The translations under genes and the position numbers were made by a program. A stretch of DNA of 64,000 bases from Methanotrichaceae archaeon (lineage in GTDB: Archaea; Halobacteriota; Methanosarcinia; Methanotrichales; Methanotrichaceae), in NCBI GenBank assembly GCA_963803145.1, contig CAWDLW010000012.1, forward strand, positions 160,001 to 224,000. The letters run 5' to 3'. The notes under the pieces were generated by a model. It had not been told where the DNA came from and ran no database searches. It saw only the letters and a program-made list of their open reading frames with translations. Positions 31,200 through 41,713 of this stretch are shown piece after piece; within the stretch, counting starts at the first letter, position 1, and every line of letters begins with the position of its first letter.

Positions 31200-31772
31200 T
31201 CATCTTTTATAGTGAAGCAAAACGTTTCCGGACTTGAAGGTCTTTGTTTCTAAAAGCTCAAGGTCAAGCTTTTTAACTCCGGCAAACAGCGTTTTTCCTG
31301 CTCCCAAAATAACAGGAGTTACCGCAATCAAGTACTCATCAAGTAATCCAGCCGCTGTAAGTTGCTGCACAATTGTGCCGCTGCCAAATATTAGGATATC
31401 AGATCCTTTTTCCTGTTTCAACTTGTCTACCTCTTCTGCTACATCGCCCTTAACCAGTTTGGTATTCTCCCAAGAAACTTCTTTCAAGGTCTTTGAGAAA
31501 ACTACTTTGGTCATCTGATTTAGCTCGTTTGCAGTAGTCCGTGCATCTTTGGGAGCTTTTGGATCAGCAGCGATCTTTGGCCAGACACTTTCAAATAGCT
31601 GAAAAGTCACTCGCCCGAGCAAAACAGTACCGGGCGAAACCATGCCTGGTCGGCTCATTTCGTGTAGCGCTTTATCAAGTTCGGGGTCCCTTATAAACCA
31701 ATCAATTTCTCCGTTTGGCCCAGCAAAAAAGCCGTCAACGGAAACTCTATTAAACATTATAACTTTTCTCAT
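31200..31772 (-). CDS. Dihydrofolate reductase-like / RibD C-terminal family protein
   Basis: SVDGFFAGPNGE, LLGRVTF, KVVFSKTL, GSGTIV, PVILGAGK. Confidence 0.88.
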   Translation of the reverse strand: MRKVIMFNRVSVDGFFAGPNGEIDWFIRDPELDKALHEMSRPGMVSPGTVLLGRVTFQLFESVWPKIAADPKAPKDARTTANELNQMTKVVFSKTLKEVSWENTKLVKGDVAEEVDKLKQEKGSDILIFGSGTIVQQLTAAGLLDEYLIAVTPVILGAGKTLFAGVKKLDLELLETKTFKSGNVLLHYKR

Positions 31773-31913
31773 GATACTCACTCCATTCTTTTTAATAGCT
31801 CTCTTAGGTTTCAACCAGCTGATGATCTATTTAATCCGGGTCCCGACAAAGTCGTAGGCCACTGTACTCTGATGCTATTTATTGCTTTTTTGATTGATGA
31901 ATGAAACCGACGC

Positions 31914-32699
31914 TTAAGCCTTAAAGAACGTTATGAGTATCGGGGCCAGTATTTTTGGCGAGATTTCGTGCGCCTGGCCCTCAAGGGTTTTCCGCTCTGC
32001 GTGCGGCATAGCTTTGGCCAGAGCGTCGGCGGCTTCATGCATGAAGGCTGGACGTTCACCGCCGCCAAGAACCAAGGTCGGCATAGTTGCAGCTTTGGCG
32101 GCCTCGACCGGCAGTGAGCCGTCACCCATAATTGCGTTGTCATATGCCAAGGTAGGTGCCAAAGCCTCCATGATCTGCCATTCAGGCGATTGCCGTATAC
32201 CCTCTACCATCTCCGCCGGCAAGCCAAGAGTGGTCATGAACAAAGCAACTGCATCCCCGCGTTTGTCATCCGCAAGCAGTTCAGTCAAATGCCTGGTATA
32301 TAGGGCTGAAGCTTTCTTGGCCTCATCACCAAAGGTGAGCGGTGCTTCGTAGAGTGCCAGCTTTGCAACCTTGGCGCTAAGCTTACTGGCAGCCTTCAGC
32401 GCCAAAACAGCGCCAGAAGAAATTCCGTACAAATATACCGAGCCACCCGCCTCCTCGATAAGTGCCTCGATATCCTCAATCTCCCTTTCAACGGAATAGG
32501 GCTTTATATCGGTACTCTCACCGCGGCCACGGCGGTCATATGTATAGACGGTGAAGTGCTTTGAAAGCTCAGTGGAGAGTGACCGCATTGGACCGAAGGC
32601 ACGGTAGCCCATGGCGCCATCTACCAGGAGGACAGCGGGCCCTTTGCCAATCGTATCATAGACGATTGAGGTGCCGTCTTTTGATACTGCTTGTGACAT
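31914..32699 (-). CDS. Alpha/beta hydrolase
   Basis: YDRRGRGES, GISSGA, LEGQAH. Confidence 0.88.
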   Translation of the reverse strand: MSQAVSKDGTSIVYDTIGKGPAVLLVDGAMGYRAFGPMRSLSTELSKHFTVYTYDRRGRGESTDIKPYSVEREIEDIEALIEEAGGSVYLYGISSGAVLALKAASKLSAKVAKLALYEAPLTFGDEAKKASALYTRHLTELLADDKRGDAVALFMTTLGLPAEMVEGIRQSPEWQIMEALAPTLAYDNAIMGDGSLPVEAAKAATMPTLVLGGGERPAFMHEAADALAKAMPHAERKTLEGQAHEISPKILAPILITFFKA

Positions 32700-32711
32700 T
32701 GTTCTCCCACT

Positions 32712-33191
32712 TCACATCCTTTTCAATATCTCATCGAGACGATCATACGAATCATTGACCCCCACCTCCATGCCGGACTGGAGCATGCCGTCACGATCAG
32801 CAACCGATTGGAAGACGGATTGAGATGTCATCTTTGTCCTGTTGCCCGGCAACGCAACAAATCTCGCCGTTTGGAGAATGACATGCCCTTTTTCGGGAAG
32901 CCCTTCAAACTCAAATGTGCCGATAATTCTCTCAGGGGCTGTGACCTCATGATTCACGCCATGAAATGCGAACTCGTTGCCGTTTTGATCTTTTTGGACA
33001 TATCGCCATGATCCGCCGCTTCTCGGTTCAAATGTCTCAAGAGTCGTTGTGATTCCTCGTGGTCCAAGCCATTGTGAATAAAGCTTCGGATCTGTGAATG
33101 CCCTGAATACGAGCTCACGGGATGCATCAAACTCCCGGGTGATTACAATCTCCTGTTTTCCAGGTTCTGCAACAATATTAGTTTTTGTCAT
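32712..33191 (-). CDS. SRPBCC/AHSA1 family protein
   Basis: [36 protein letters not shown]. Confidence 0.9.
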   Translation of the reverse strand: MTKTNIVAEPGKQEIVITREFDASRELVFRAFTDPKLYSQWLGPRGITTTLETFEPRSGGSWRYVQKDQNGNEFAFHGVNHEVTAPERIIGTFEFEGLPEKGHVILQTARFVALPGNRTKMTSQSVFQSVADRDGMLQSGMEVGVNDSYDRLDEILKRM

Positions 33192-33269
33192 TTATGTTCA
33201 TATCCCCTGTACACCGTTCTTATTTGTGCATTCTGTTATGCTTTGACGGCAATCATCTGCCATCGGCAA

Positions 33270-34418
33270 TTATTTGGACGGCTGGCGATAAGCATGGAAA
33301 AATTTACGCATGTCCTCAGCCAACAGCTCAGGCTCTTCCATTGCAGCGAAATGGCCACCTCGGGGCATATCAGTCCACTGCTGTAAGTTCAGCCTGCGTT
33401 CGACCCATTCACGTGGCGGTGGATTCAGATCTTTTGGAAATGCCGCAAACGCAGCGGGAACTGCAGGGAGCGGCTCCAGTTTTTGAGGTGGGTTATCACG
33501 GTAGCTTCGAATTGAAGAGCCAATGGTCCCAGTTACCCAGTATATCATGATATTAGTCAGCAGTTCATCCTCGGTTATCCGCCGTTCTGTGGCAGAGCCG
33601 GGATCCTTCCAGGAATGGAACTTCTCTGAAATCCAGGCCGCCAGACCTGCTGGTGAGTCATTCAGACCATATGAGAGAGTTTGCGGTTTAGTGCCCTGGA
33701 TCATGTAATAACCGCCTTCACTCATGCTCCATTGCTGGAGAGCGCCGAGATAGCGCTTTTCGGCTTCGGACAGCTCGGATGGATCGGGGATTGATGCATA
33801 ATGGCCTATGTACGTCAAGTGGATGCCAATGAGCAGCTCTGGATGGTCAGCTGCCAGATACTGTGTGACGATTGAGCCAAAGTCTCCGCCGGCAGCTGCA
33901 AAGCGCTTGTAGCCAAGCACATCGGTCATCAGCTTCACCCATAACTCGGCTGCCCAGCGGCTTGACATCATGCCCCGTTCCCGCGGACGATCGGAAAAGC
34001 CGTAGCCCGGTAACGATGGCACGATCACGTCAAAAGAGTCAGACTGGTCACCGCCGTATCTGGCGGGATCGGTCAGCAGAGGAATGAGCTTGCATATTTC
34101 GAAAAATGAGCCTGGCCAGCCGTGAGTGATAATTATCGGCGTTGGATTCGGTCCTTTGCCGTTTGAGTGAATGAAGTGGATGTTCAAGCCATCGATCTCG
34201 GCTTTGAATTGCGCAAACTTATTCAGTTCTGCTTCTTGTTTCCGCCAGTCGTACTTGTGTTGCCAGTAATCAACCAGCTCCTTCATATAGCCCAAGTTGG
34301 TGCCATAATCCCAGCCTGCGCCTTCTACCTCATCGGTCCAGCGTGTATTTGCCAACCGCTCCTGTAGGTCATCCAATATTGGCTGTGGAATATTGATCTG
34401 AAAAGGTTGAACCCTCAT
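33270..34418 (-). CDS. Epoxide hydrolase (EHN plus alpha/beta hydrolase)
   Basis: YDWR, IHFIH, HGWPGS, PSLPGYGFS, GGDFG, DSPAGLAAWI.EKF, GGHFAAMEEP. Confidence 0.93.
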   Translation of the reverse strand: MRVQPFQINIPQPILDDLQERLANTRWTDEVEGAGWDYGTNLGYMKELVDYWQHKYDWRKQEAELNKFAQFKAEIDGLNIHFIHSNGKGPNPTPIIITHGWPGSFFEICKLIPLLTDPARYGGDQSDSFDVIVPSLPGYGFSDRPRERGMMSSRWAAELWVKLMTDVLGYKRFAAAGGDFGSIVTQYLAADHPELLIGIHLTYIGHYASIPDPSELSEAEKRYLGALQQWSMSEGGYYMIQGTKPQTLSYGLNDSPAGLAAWISEKFHSWKDPGSATERRITEDELLTNIMIYWVTGTIGSSIRSYRDNPPQKLEPLPAVPAAFAAFPKDLNPPPREWVERRLNLQQWTDMPRGGHFAAMEEPELLAEDMRKFFHAYRQPSK

Positions 34419-34614
34419 TTCATCCTCATGCGAAATGCGAATAAGTTGCTTGAATCGGCCAATAATATTTCATACAGTAATAATTGTCTGGAATGCATTT
34501 AAAATCTTCTGCTTGTTATTGTGATGTAGAGTTCCAAAAGCTTATATAAAGTTCTTTTTACGCTGAACTGCATGAAGGAGCATTCAAATATCGAGTACCT
34601 ATAATAAAAGGAGG

Positions 34615-35475
34615 TTAGTCTCCGGCCTTGTTCACCCTTGCCGACACAATATCAACTCCTTTGCTAATCACGCGCCCAGCATTTGGGCCAGTGAAATAGA
34701 GCCGTTTTAGCTCGTCGGCATCCACATTGTGAACATCGCTGAAGCCCCGCTGGATCAGGAACGGCTCAATCTGATCTTCATCAATCCCGAAAATAATCTC
34801 CTCGCCAATCACTCGCATTAGCCGCCGTATCTTCTTCACCTCAGGACCATGCAGGGCCTCGTTTGTGAAATAGTCAAAGATCACAGCGCTGCCCTGCCTG
34901 GAATGATGGGCAATAAACGCCAGCGTGCTGTCAACCGCTTCCGGAGTAATATACCCGGTCACGCCCTGCCAGATAAACAGCGTTTTGCCATGCTTGTCAT
35001 AGCCACTGGCAGGCAGGCGCTCATCAAGCGTCTGGGTATTGAAATCTATCGAAACGAAGGTGACATAATCAGGCAGGGGATCGATGACCTTCTTCAACCG
35101 TTTTTGCTTAGCTTCCTGCGTGGCCGGATAATCGACCTCGAATACCCTCGTCTCCTCGATTCCCTCGATGCGGTAGGCACGCGTATCGAATCCGGCGCCC
35201 AGGATGACTACCTGATCGAGCCCTTCCCTCAGGCACGCCTTGAGGAAATCATCGATGTAGCGTTCACGAGCGGTGATGAACTCGATTGCCCCCGGGAAGA
35301 ATCGTCCGTATAGGCCGGAATCAATCGTCAGCTTGCTGAGGGTAAACTTGTAACCGGGCACCATTGAGCGTGCGATAGGGTCGTAGCAAATCCGTTTGCC
35401 TTCGGGTCTTGACGCCTCGATGGCTCGCACCAGGGCCATGCCCTCGGCGGTAGTACTAGATTGTTTTTGTTTCAT
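34615..35475 (-). CDS. SAM-dependent methyltransferase (LCM/TIGR00027-like)
   Basis: QVVILGAGFDTRAYR, FEVD, LFIWQGV..Y. Confidence 0.88.
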   Translation of the reverse strand: MKQKQSSTTAEGMALVRAIEASRPEGKRICYDPIARSMVPGYKFTLSKLTIDSGLYGRFFPGAIEFITARERYIDDFLKACLREGLDQVVILGAGFDTRAYRIEGIEETRVFEVDYPATQEAKQKRLKKVIDPLPDYVTFVSIDFNTQTLDERLPASGYDKHGKTLFIWQGVTGYITPEAVDSTLAFIAHHSRQGSAVIFDYFTNEALHGPEVKKIRRLMRVIGEEIIFGIDEDQIEPFLIQRGFSDVHNVDADELKRLYFTGPNAGRVISKGVDIVSARVNKAGD

Positions 35476-35606
35476 GCCCGATCATTACGGAATGATTTTA
35501 GCTGATACGGCTATTTAAGCATCTATCCTATTTCTATAAATCTGCAGTATATGGGGTGAGGATACTGGTATCGGCTGTTGTAATTCGTGAAGCCGATAAG
35601 TCACGC

Positions 35607-36431
35607 TCACTTGGCTTCGGGAATGGGCACGTTGAGAAATCTCGTAACAAGGTCGCCCAGCTCTAGGAAGGTTAGGACATCATAGTGTGTCATGCCCGGA
35701 AGGATGGCAAGCTGTGCCGCTGGCCTCAAAGAGCCGTCTAAGCCAGCGTCCCTCTGGCCGCCGCCAAGCAGCGCAAAGAACTCCATTATATGTGCTGTTT
35801 GGATGGCATCCGCATCAGCAAAGACTATCATCACAGGCGACTTGATAGAAGCTGCGTCCTTCGACCAGTCGTAGTCCTGTCTCAGCAGGTCGCCAAGTTT
35901 TGTGAAGAGCACTGCCCAATTAACGTCGGGATAGAGCTGGTAGAGCGGAGACTGCTTCATGAATTTTGCAGCCTCTGGACCCATCTGCGCCATGCTCTCC
36001 AAGACCTCAGGGTACCATCCATTCCGCTCGACAGGAGTCGAGATTAGCACGAGCTTACGGACAATGTCTGGATGACGGATGGCTGTCTGCAAAGCAACGC
36101 CGCCACCGAGCGAGTAGCCCATGAAATCAGCCTTCTCGATGCTTAGATGCTCCATCAGCGCCGCAATGTCTTCCGCCATCAATTCGAACCTAAGCGGCCT
36201 ATCGATGTCGGCTGTCCGGCCGTGGGCCTGCAAATGGACTGCAACAACCTGCCTATCTTCGGCGAGCGTTGGCAGGACGTTGCCGAACATTTCGCTCGCA
36301 TCGACGCCGCCGTGAAGCAGAATCAGCGGCCTGCCAGTGCCGTGGATCTCGTAATACATATTGAGGCCGTTCACTAATGCATAGTTACTTTTGGCGTCCC
36401 TGTTTTTTTCATCGGTATTACCTTGGATCAT
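35607..36431 (-). CDS. Alpha/beta hydrolase
   Basis: LLHGG, QAHGRTAD, GYSLGG, ADAD, LPGMTHY. Confidence 0.88.
   Translation of the reverse strand: MIQGNTDEKNRDAKSNYALVNGLNMYYEIHGTGRPLILLHGGVDASEMFGNVLPTLAEDRQVVAVHLQAHGRTADIDRPLRFELMAEDIAALMEHLSIEKADFMGYSLGGGVALQTAIRHPDIVRKLVLISTPVERNGWYPEVLESMAQMGPEAAKFMKQSPLYQLYPDVNWAVLFTKLGDLLRQDYDWSKDAASIKSPVMIVFADADAIQTAHIMEFFALLGGGQRDAGLDGSLRPAAQLAILPGMTHYDVLTFLELGDLVTRFLNVPIPEAK
36324..36365. repeat. 42-bp exact direct repeat, copy 2
   Basis: Identical to 31088-31129. Confidence 0.85.
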
Positions 36432-36891
36432 GATGAAGTCTCCAATTGGTGTAAATTGTTATATGTTTTTGGTTCTTTGAAAATTAATTGTTGACATTAT
36501 AAAAAAAACTTGCGGACCACCTCATAGTACACTTGAGATCATTTAAACCTTGATGTATTGGATAGGACAGTATAGTTTTTATCCTCTGGCAAGAAAAAAA
36601 TTTTCTAAATCATCTTATTCTATGGTTCAAGCGGCTTTCTGAACAAGGCGCTAATATTTGCGAAAATATCTAAAATTATTACATATTCAGCAATTAGGGT
36701 CAAGAAGATATAATGCTGAAGTGGATAGACCTCTTTTATTGTCTTAACATCATCTTCGATGAGGACCGAAAGCGAATCATATTAGCATCTGAGTACTGTA
36801 CATCCAGGGTTTTTCTGTCAAGGTTAATATACATGCTCCTACCGGCATATTAGGGATTAAGGTTCTCTTTCCTAGGCTTCTGTTGAAAGCG

Positions 36892-38304
36892 TTAAAACAG
36901 ATCGATATAGGGATCAAGGTTAGCCAATAGATCCATTTTTTTCGCTTTTTCAAAAGCGGCGTTTGCTTCATTGACGCGATTAAGTGCACTTAGAACATTG
37001 CCTTTGTTGCGTCTGACTGTTGCATTAAATGGGTCCAGCTTGATAGCTTCATCATAAGCCTCATTAGCTTTATCATTTTCATTTAGTTTAAAATATGCAT
37101 TTCCTTTATTAACCCAAGCTTCGAAGAAATTAGGGGTTACTCTAATAGCCTTGTTATATGCTTCTATAGCATCCTGATATCTTTTCAGGTTATAGAGTGC
37201 ATCGCCTTTTTTAAATGAGATTGTAGCGTTTTCTGGGTCTAGCCTGAAAGCTTTATCATAAGCCTTAGCGGCCTTATCATACATATATATATTATTAAAG
37301 GCATCGCCAGTATTTAACCAAGCTAAAGCATCCCGTGGGTCAATATCGATAGCCATATTGTAGGACTTGATTGCTTGATTGTAATAGCCTTGTTGAAATA
37401 GGACTCTGCCTTTCATATACCAGGCATTGAAAAAAAGTGGATCAAATTCAACGGCTTTATCATAAGCATGAACTGCTTCATCATACTTTTCTTGAGCCTT
37501 GAGTACATTGCCTTTATTATACCAGAAAGATGCATTATTTGGTTGTATCTCGATAGCTTTATCATATGCATCAATTGCCTCATCGAATTCGCTTTTATCG
37601 TTGAGTAAATTGCCAATCGTAGACCAAGCCCCAGCACATTTTGGATCAAGCCTAACTGCTCTTTCTAACGCCTCCATAGACTTGTCGAAATCGAAATTTC
37701 TGCGGTGAACCTCACCTTTATTAGCTAAAATACTGGCAAGTTTCCAATCTTTTGCAAACCCCTTATCTAAGAGTTCAATTGATCGAATAGCCTTATCAAA
37801 GGCTTTAATTGCCTCATCGAGTTTGCCTTTATCCCTTAGGATTATGCCCTTAGTATTCAAAGAGTTAGCATTTTTTGAATCTAGATCAATAGCCGTTTCT
37901 ATAGCATTAAGTGCATCTTTGTGCTTACATTGTTCAGATAAAGCAGTAGCTATATTAATCCAAATTTTACTAGACCGTTTATTTATTTTGATAGCCTTTT
38001 CATAGCCCTGAATGGCCTCGTTGTAATTCTTTTGCTTCCTGAAATCAATGCTTCTTGTATTCCAATAATCTACTTGAATATCTTTTAATTGATTTGTAGT
38101 GCCTTCTAAGCCAAAAATTGCAACGATTATGCTAAAGAATCCGATGATCAATCCTACGAAGGAATCCTTTGAACTCATAGTATAGTATAAATAGCGTGAA
38201 ATAATCAAGAATAGCAAAGAACTAGAAAGAGTAATACGATAATCTATAAGAGGGTTAATTATGGCGATTTTTACTCTTTTCCAACTATTCTCGTGCCGCA
38301 TCAT
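36892..38304 (-). CDS. Membrane-anchored TPR protein
   Basis: Two N-terminal hydrophobic segments, about 11 TPRs; AT-rich. Confidence 0.88.
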   Translation of the reverse strand: MMRHENSWKRVKIAIINPLIDYRITLSSSLLFLIISRYLYYTMSSKDSFVGLIIGFFSIIVAIFGLEGTTNQLKDIQVDYWNTRSIDFRKQKNYNEAIQGYEKAIKINKRSSKIWINIATALSEQCKHKDALNAIETAIDLDSKNANSLNTKGIILRDKGKLDEAIKAFDKAIRSIELLDKGFAKDWKLASILANKGEVHRRNFDFDKSMEALERAVRLDPKCAGAWSTIGNLLNDKSEFDEAIDAYDKAIEIQPNNASFWYNKGNVLKAQEKYDEAVHAYDKAVEFDPLFFNAWYMKGRVLFQQGYYNQAIKSYNMAIDIDPRDALAWLNTGDAFNNIYMYDKAAKAYDKAFRLDPENATISFKKGDALYNLKRYQDAIEAYNKAIRVTPNFFEAWVNKGNAYFKLNENDKANEAYDEAIKLDPFNATVRRNKGNVLSALNRVNEANAAFEKAKKMDLLANLDPYIDLF

Positions 38305-38334
38305 CAGCTATTGTTCACAATTATAGTTAATCTC

Positions 38335-38862
38335 CTAGCTTTTTGCACTAAGAAATCGCTCCACCCAGGACTTTGAATATCCATCCTTTTTGGAATAAAA
38401 TATTTCTAAAGCGCAATCTTGGCTAGCTATAATAGCTTCATCGAAATCAGTGTATTTGGCGATCTCTCTTTTGAAATCCTTCCAACCGAATTCTATAGGA
38501 TTCAAATCTGGTGAATAGGGGATATTATAAATTAAGTGAATATCGATTTCCTCAGCTAGTTTTCTAAATTTCTTGGCCAAATGAATTCTAGCATTATCTA
38601 AAAGTATACAAATTGGCCTCATAATATTATTATTTCTTATATTTTGAGCAAATGCCATCAACGCTTCCTTCTTAGAGGAGTTGGAAACCATAACCTCATC
38701 ATTGCCATTTAATGCTATAAATCCAAAAATAGTTCTTGATCTAACCTTTCCAGGTTTATAATTTATTAAATGAGTGTTTAAGACTCTACGTGTATTAGGG
38801 CGCTGTTGTAAAGAGCTTTCATCAAGAAATCCTATAACAGGATCAGTAACAGTGGTCAGCAC
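38335..38862 (-). CDS. IS630 transposase, DDE part (OrfB)
   Basis: FLDES, LLDNARIH, PYSPDLNPIE..W. Confidence 0.9.
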   Translation of the reverse strand: MLTTVTDPVIGFLDESSLQQRPNTRRVLNTHLINYKPGKVRSRTIFGFIALNGNDEVMVSNSSKKEALMAFAQNIRNNNIMRPICILLDNARIHLAKKFRKLAEEIDIHLIYNIPYSPDLNPIEFGWKDFKREIAKYTDFDEAIIASQDCALEIFYSKKDGYSKSWVERFLSAKS

Positions 38863-39340
38863 TGATTTTATCCTTTTTTAAAAAACTTTCTGCATCTGCA
38901 GGCCTCTTTTCATTTCTGATGTATGGTTTCCCATACTTAACTTTTTTCACTACTCTTAAAATTCGCCAGCCATATTTATATGAAAAATCTATACCTCTTG
39001 TATCCCTTACATATTTTAATACGTCTTTTATCGTCATTCCTTTGTCTTCAATTTCTTTAATAACTCTATCCCATTCATCAAGAGACATCTTTGGCTTTTT
39101 GCCATTTCTATTCTTTGGTGTCAATCCATTATAGCCTTGATTATTCCATCTGCTTAACCAATATTTTATTGTCCTCTCGCCCCTTTTTAAAATATCAGCT
39201 ACCTCATATACGTTTTTCCCTTCATATAAATGTATTATTGCCAATAACCGTTCCTTAATCCTTAGATCAGTCTCTTTTTTATATAATTTATCAAGGTCTA
39301 TCTTTGATATATGCCTAATTATTATAGGTTTTCTACCCAT
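38843..39340 (-). CDS. IS630 transposase, HTH part (OrfA)
   Basis: ERLLAI..A..TIKYW..W...G..GL HTH; ends just past the T6A6 run at 38874-38885. Confidence 0.88.
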   Translation of the reverse strand: MGRKPIIIRHISKIDLDKLYKKETDLRIKERLLAIIHLYEGKNVYEVADILKRGERTIKYWLSRWNNQGYNGLTPKNRNGKKPKMSLDEWDRVIKEIEDKGMTIKDVLKYVRDTRGIDFSYKYGWRILRVVKKVKYGKPYIRNEKRPADAESFLKKDKISADHCY

Positions 39341-40130
39341 GCCTATGTATTTTCACGCATTAATTATTAAATGTATCTATAGGGCAATAAGCTCAATGAT
39401 TAACTATAGTTTATGGATTTGTCGGGACAACAAGTTTTATAATCGAACTTATATGAAATTCTGTCTTCAAATCCCCTCACTTAGATATCACGTTATAAGT
39501 GAATGACTGCTTTCGTTACTGCCAATTGGCCAAAAAGCCTCTTCATTTCTTCTCCAATTAGAAAGTGGCTAATAAACCGCCTACAAATGTCATAGACAAA
39601 TTGCAGAGTATCACTACATTTCATTTGATATTGTTGCAGAAGTCTAGCAATTGATAGACATGCGCACTATTAGGACAATCCTTGATTCTAAACTATCTCA
39701 TGGCAGCTAGGCTATGATAATCTTGCTTCAAGCCTTTTGGACTAAGGCCGGTAGTCCAGAAAGTAGAGTAGTCACTCAAGATTCTATCTCTACAAACCTT
39801 CTGAACTAGCTTCCTGACATTATCCAGGTTTAAAGCTATTAGTTCTGATTCCTTAAAGAACACATGCCCCCAGTTAGAACCCACCTCAAACGATAGGCTT
39901 CTTTTCTCAACTCGCGGCTGCCATCTACCGCCTCCGTTATACCCGCTGAGCAGATCCGTCCATACCCCCAATCACAGGGAAAGGAATAACCACCTGCTGA
40001 TTGGTGTTGGAAAAGTTGAGAACGACAATGAAGTTATGCATCTTCCCACCAGCGCCAAAATCGGCGATTGCCAGTTCTGGCATGGAGGGCAGCATTCTGC
40101 TGCCCCGTTGACCACATGGCTGCTATTGCC

Positions 40131-40394
40131 TTACATCTTTTCCATCATTTTTAGCGAATCTTCCAATGGCAAAGCGGGATTTATATGAGGGACTCCCAAT
40201 TCCCTGAATGGGTAGGTTATCTTCAGGATTGCCTCTTCGCTCGGCGCATCAAATATTGCCATAGAGATATGCCTGCCTATCAGCAGATATCTCCCTATCA
40301 CTTTGACTTCTTTGGGGAATTTAAAGTCTTTCCAAAGATTTTCAACTTTTTTTGTATTCTCTGGCTCCCACTTAAACCATAGTACAAATAGCAT
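40131..40394 (-). CDS. Small DUF3303/GYD-like protein
   Basis: MLFVLWFKW after GGAGGTGA; IFDAPSEE and PALPLED patterns. Confidence 0.7.
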   Translation of the reverse strand: MLFVLWFKWEPENTKKVENLWKDFKFPKEVKVIGRYLLIGRHISMAIFDAPSEEAILKITYPFRELGVPHINPALPLEDSLKMMEKM

Positions 40395-40755
40395 ATATTC
40401 ACCTCCGTTTACACTTATATAATGAATATATAGGTTAGATTGATATTTAAGGACTTTGACTAATGATTGCACTCGCTGGGCTAGATATCTTGATTTACAG
40501 CTTTCCTATCGCTCGCTAAATTATAGCAAGCATATTTATAAAAAATTTTAAATACCATAACGTACAATGCCCCTATTTGGAAGAACTTGCCATGGCTTCA
40601 GGTCCTCCCACCTCCTATTATCCAAAAGCCAGCGAAGGGATAAAGCCACGTAACACTCTTCTATCCCTTTGCACCTTATTTTATGCTATTCTTATATAGG
40701 TCTCAAGTTTGCCTGCCGTGAAGAATGGCATCTGGTAGTTTGGATAATTTTAATC

Positions 40756-41031
40756 TTATCTCTTAGACCGTTCCAGCTTTATTGTTACCTGGTTCTGGGG
40801 ATCTGGGCAGCGCAGCTGTATGGTGTCACCCTGCCACCATGGCATGCTGCCGCCAAATTGAAAGGTCTCAAGATTGGGAAAGATGTTGTGATAGAAAAAT
40901 CCACAGAGCCCTGCTGAATTGTGGCAGCTTATCTCAAAGCTTTCACCTACTGTATGGCCTGCACTGCATCTTCCCTTAACCTCTGTTACTGTTGCCACTA
41001 ATCTGTATCCTACTCCGGGATCATTTGCTAT
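40756..41031 (-). CDS. TIGR04076-family Cys-rich protein (apparent ATA start)
   Basis: VKGRCSAGH.VG..F, GLC, CPDP; GGAGG RBS precedes ATA-GCA-AAT-GAT-CCC in frame. Confidence 0.75.
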   Translation of the reverse strand: MANDPGVGYRLVATVTEVKGRCSAGHTVGESFEISCHNSAGLCGFFYHNIFPNLETFQFGGSMPWWQGDTIQLRCPDPQNQVTIKLERSKR

Positions 41032-41152
41032 TCTCTTGCCTCCTAAATTCGCCTCTTCTTTATTGAAGTCGTTCCTTACAACAATCTTTCTTCATTCAAT
41101 AGGTTTGTCTCGTATTTCCCTTCAATACTTTGCTCAAACCTCATGCTCGAAC

Positions 41153-41713
41153 TTATGCCGATTGAAATAGCATGCTCCGGCTGAAGAATACCTTTGGCTC
41201 TGAGATGGGCTTAAAGCCAACCGTTTGGGCGGTCTCTAATGTCCCTTTAAAGGCAGATGCCGAAACATGGAATTTGGGCTCGACAATTAGCAGCTTGCCT
41301 TTAGGTTTTAGTATAGAGGCTATTTCCTTCAGCAGTGCTTCGGCATTGGGTACTTCATGTACCATATAGAATGCTAAAGCAAAATCTACCTTTTCTGTGA
41401 TGCCGATCCTATTTGGATCACTCTTGTGTGTGATTATTCTTGATTGCAGTCCTTTCTTAGCAGCTTTTTCTCTTAGGATCTGGAGCATCTCCTCTTGAAC
41501 ATCTACTGCTATGACTTTTCCCATCTCGCCAACCATTTCAGCCATAGCGATGGAGAAGAAACCAGGGCCGCACCCTATATCAAGAACCGTTTGCCCTTTT
41601 TCTACAATTCCGTCAAGGATCTTTTTGGGGTTATGTATAACCCTTCGAATTGGATTGTCCAGGGCAGGCGCACGCCTCCACGAACAGATACGTGATGATT
41701 CGGTCATTATCAT
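41153..41713 (-). CDS. Class I SAM-dependent methyltransferase
   Basis: VLDIGCGPG, VIAVD, HEVP, LKPKG. Confidence 0.9.
   Translation of the reverse strand: MIMTESSRICSWRRAPALDNPIRRVIHNPKKILDGIVEKGQTVLDIGCGPGFFSIAMAEMVGEMGKVIAVDVQEEMLQILREKAAKKGLQSRIITHKSDPNRIGITEKVDFALAFYMVHEVPNAEALLKEIASILKPKGKLLIVEPKFHVSASAFKGTLETAQTVGFKPISEPKVFFSRSMLFQSA

Larger units (their letters stand above)
38324..39406 (-). mobile_element. IS630-family insertion sequence
   Basis: TIRs TAGTTAATC..AGCTT at both ends (9 bp perfect, about 22 bp imperfect); TA duplication at 38322-38323 and 39407-39408. Confidence 0.9.

Noticed and set aside
39420-40120. Possible gene in the gap after IS630 (92-aa ORF 39693-39971)
   Set aside because: No recognisable motif or clear RBS; possibly debris but cannot be supported
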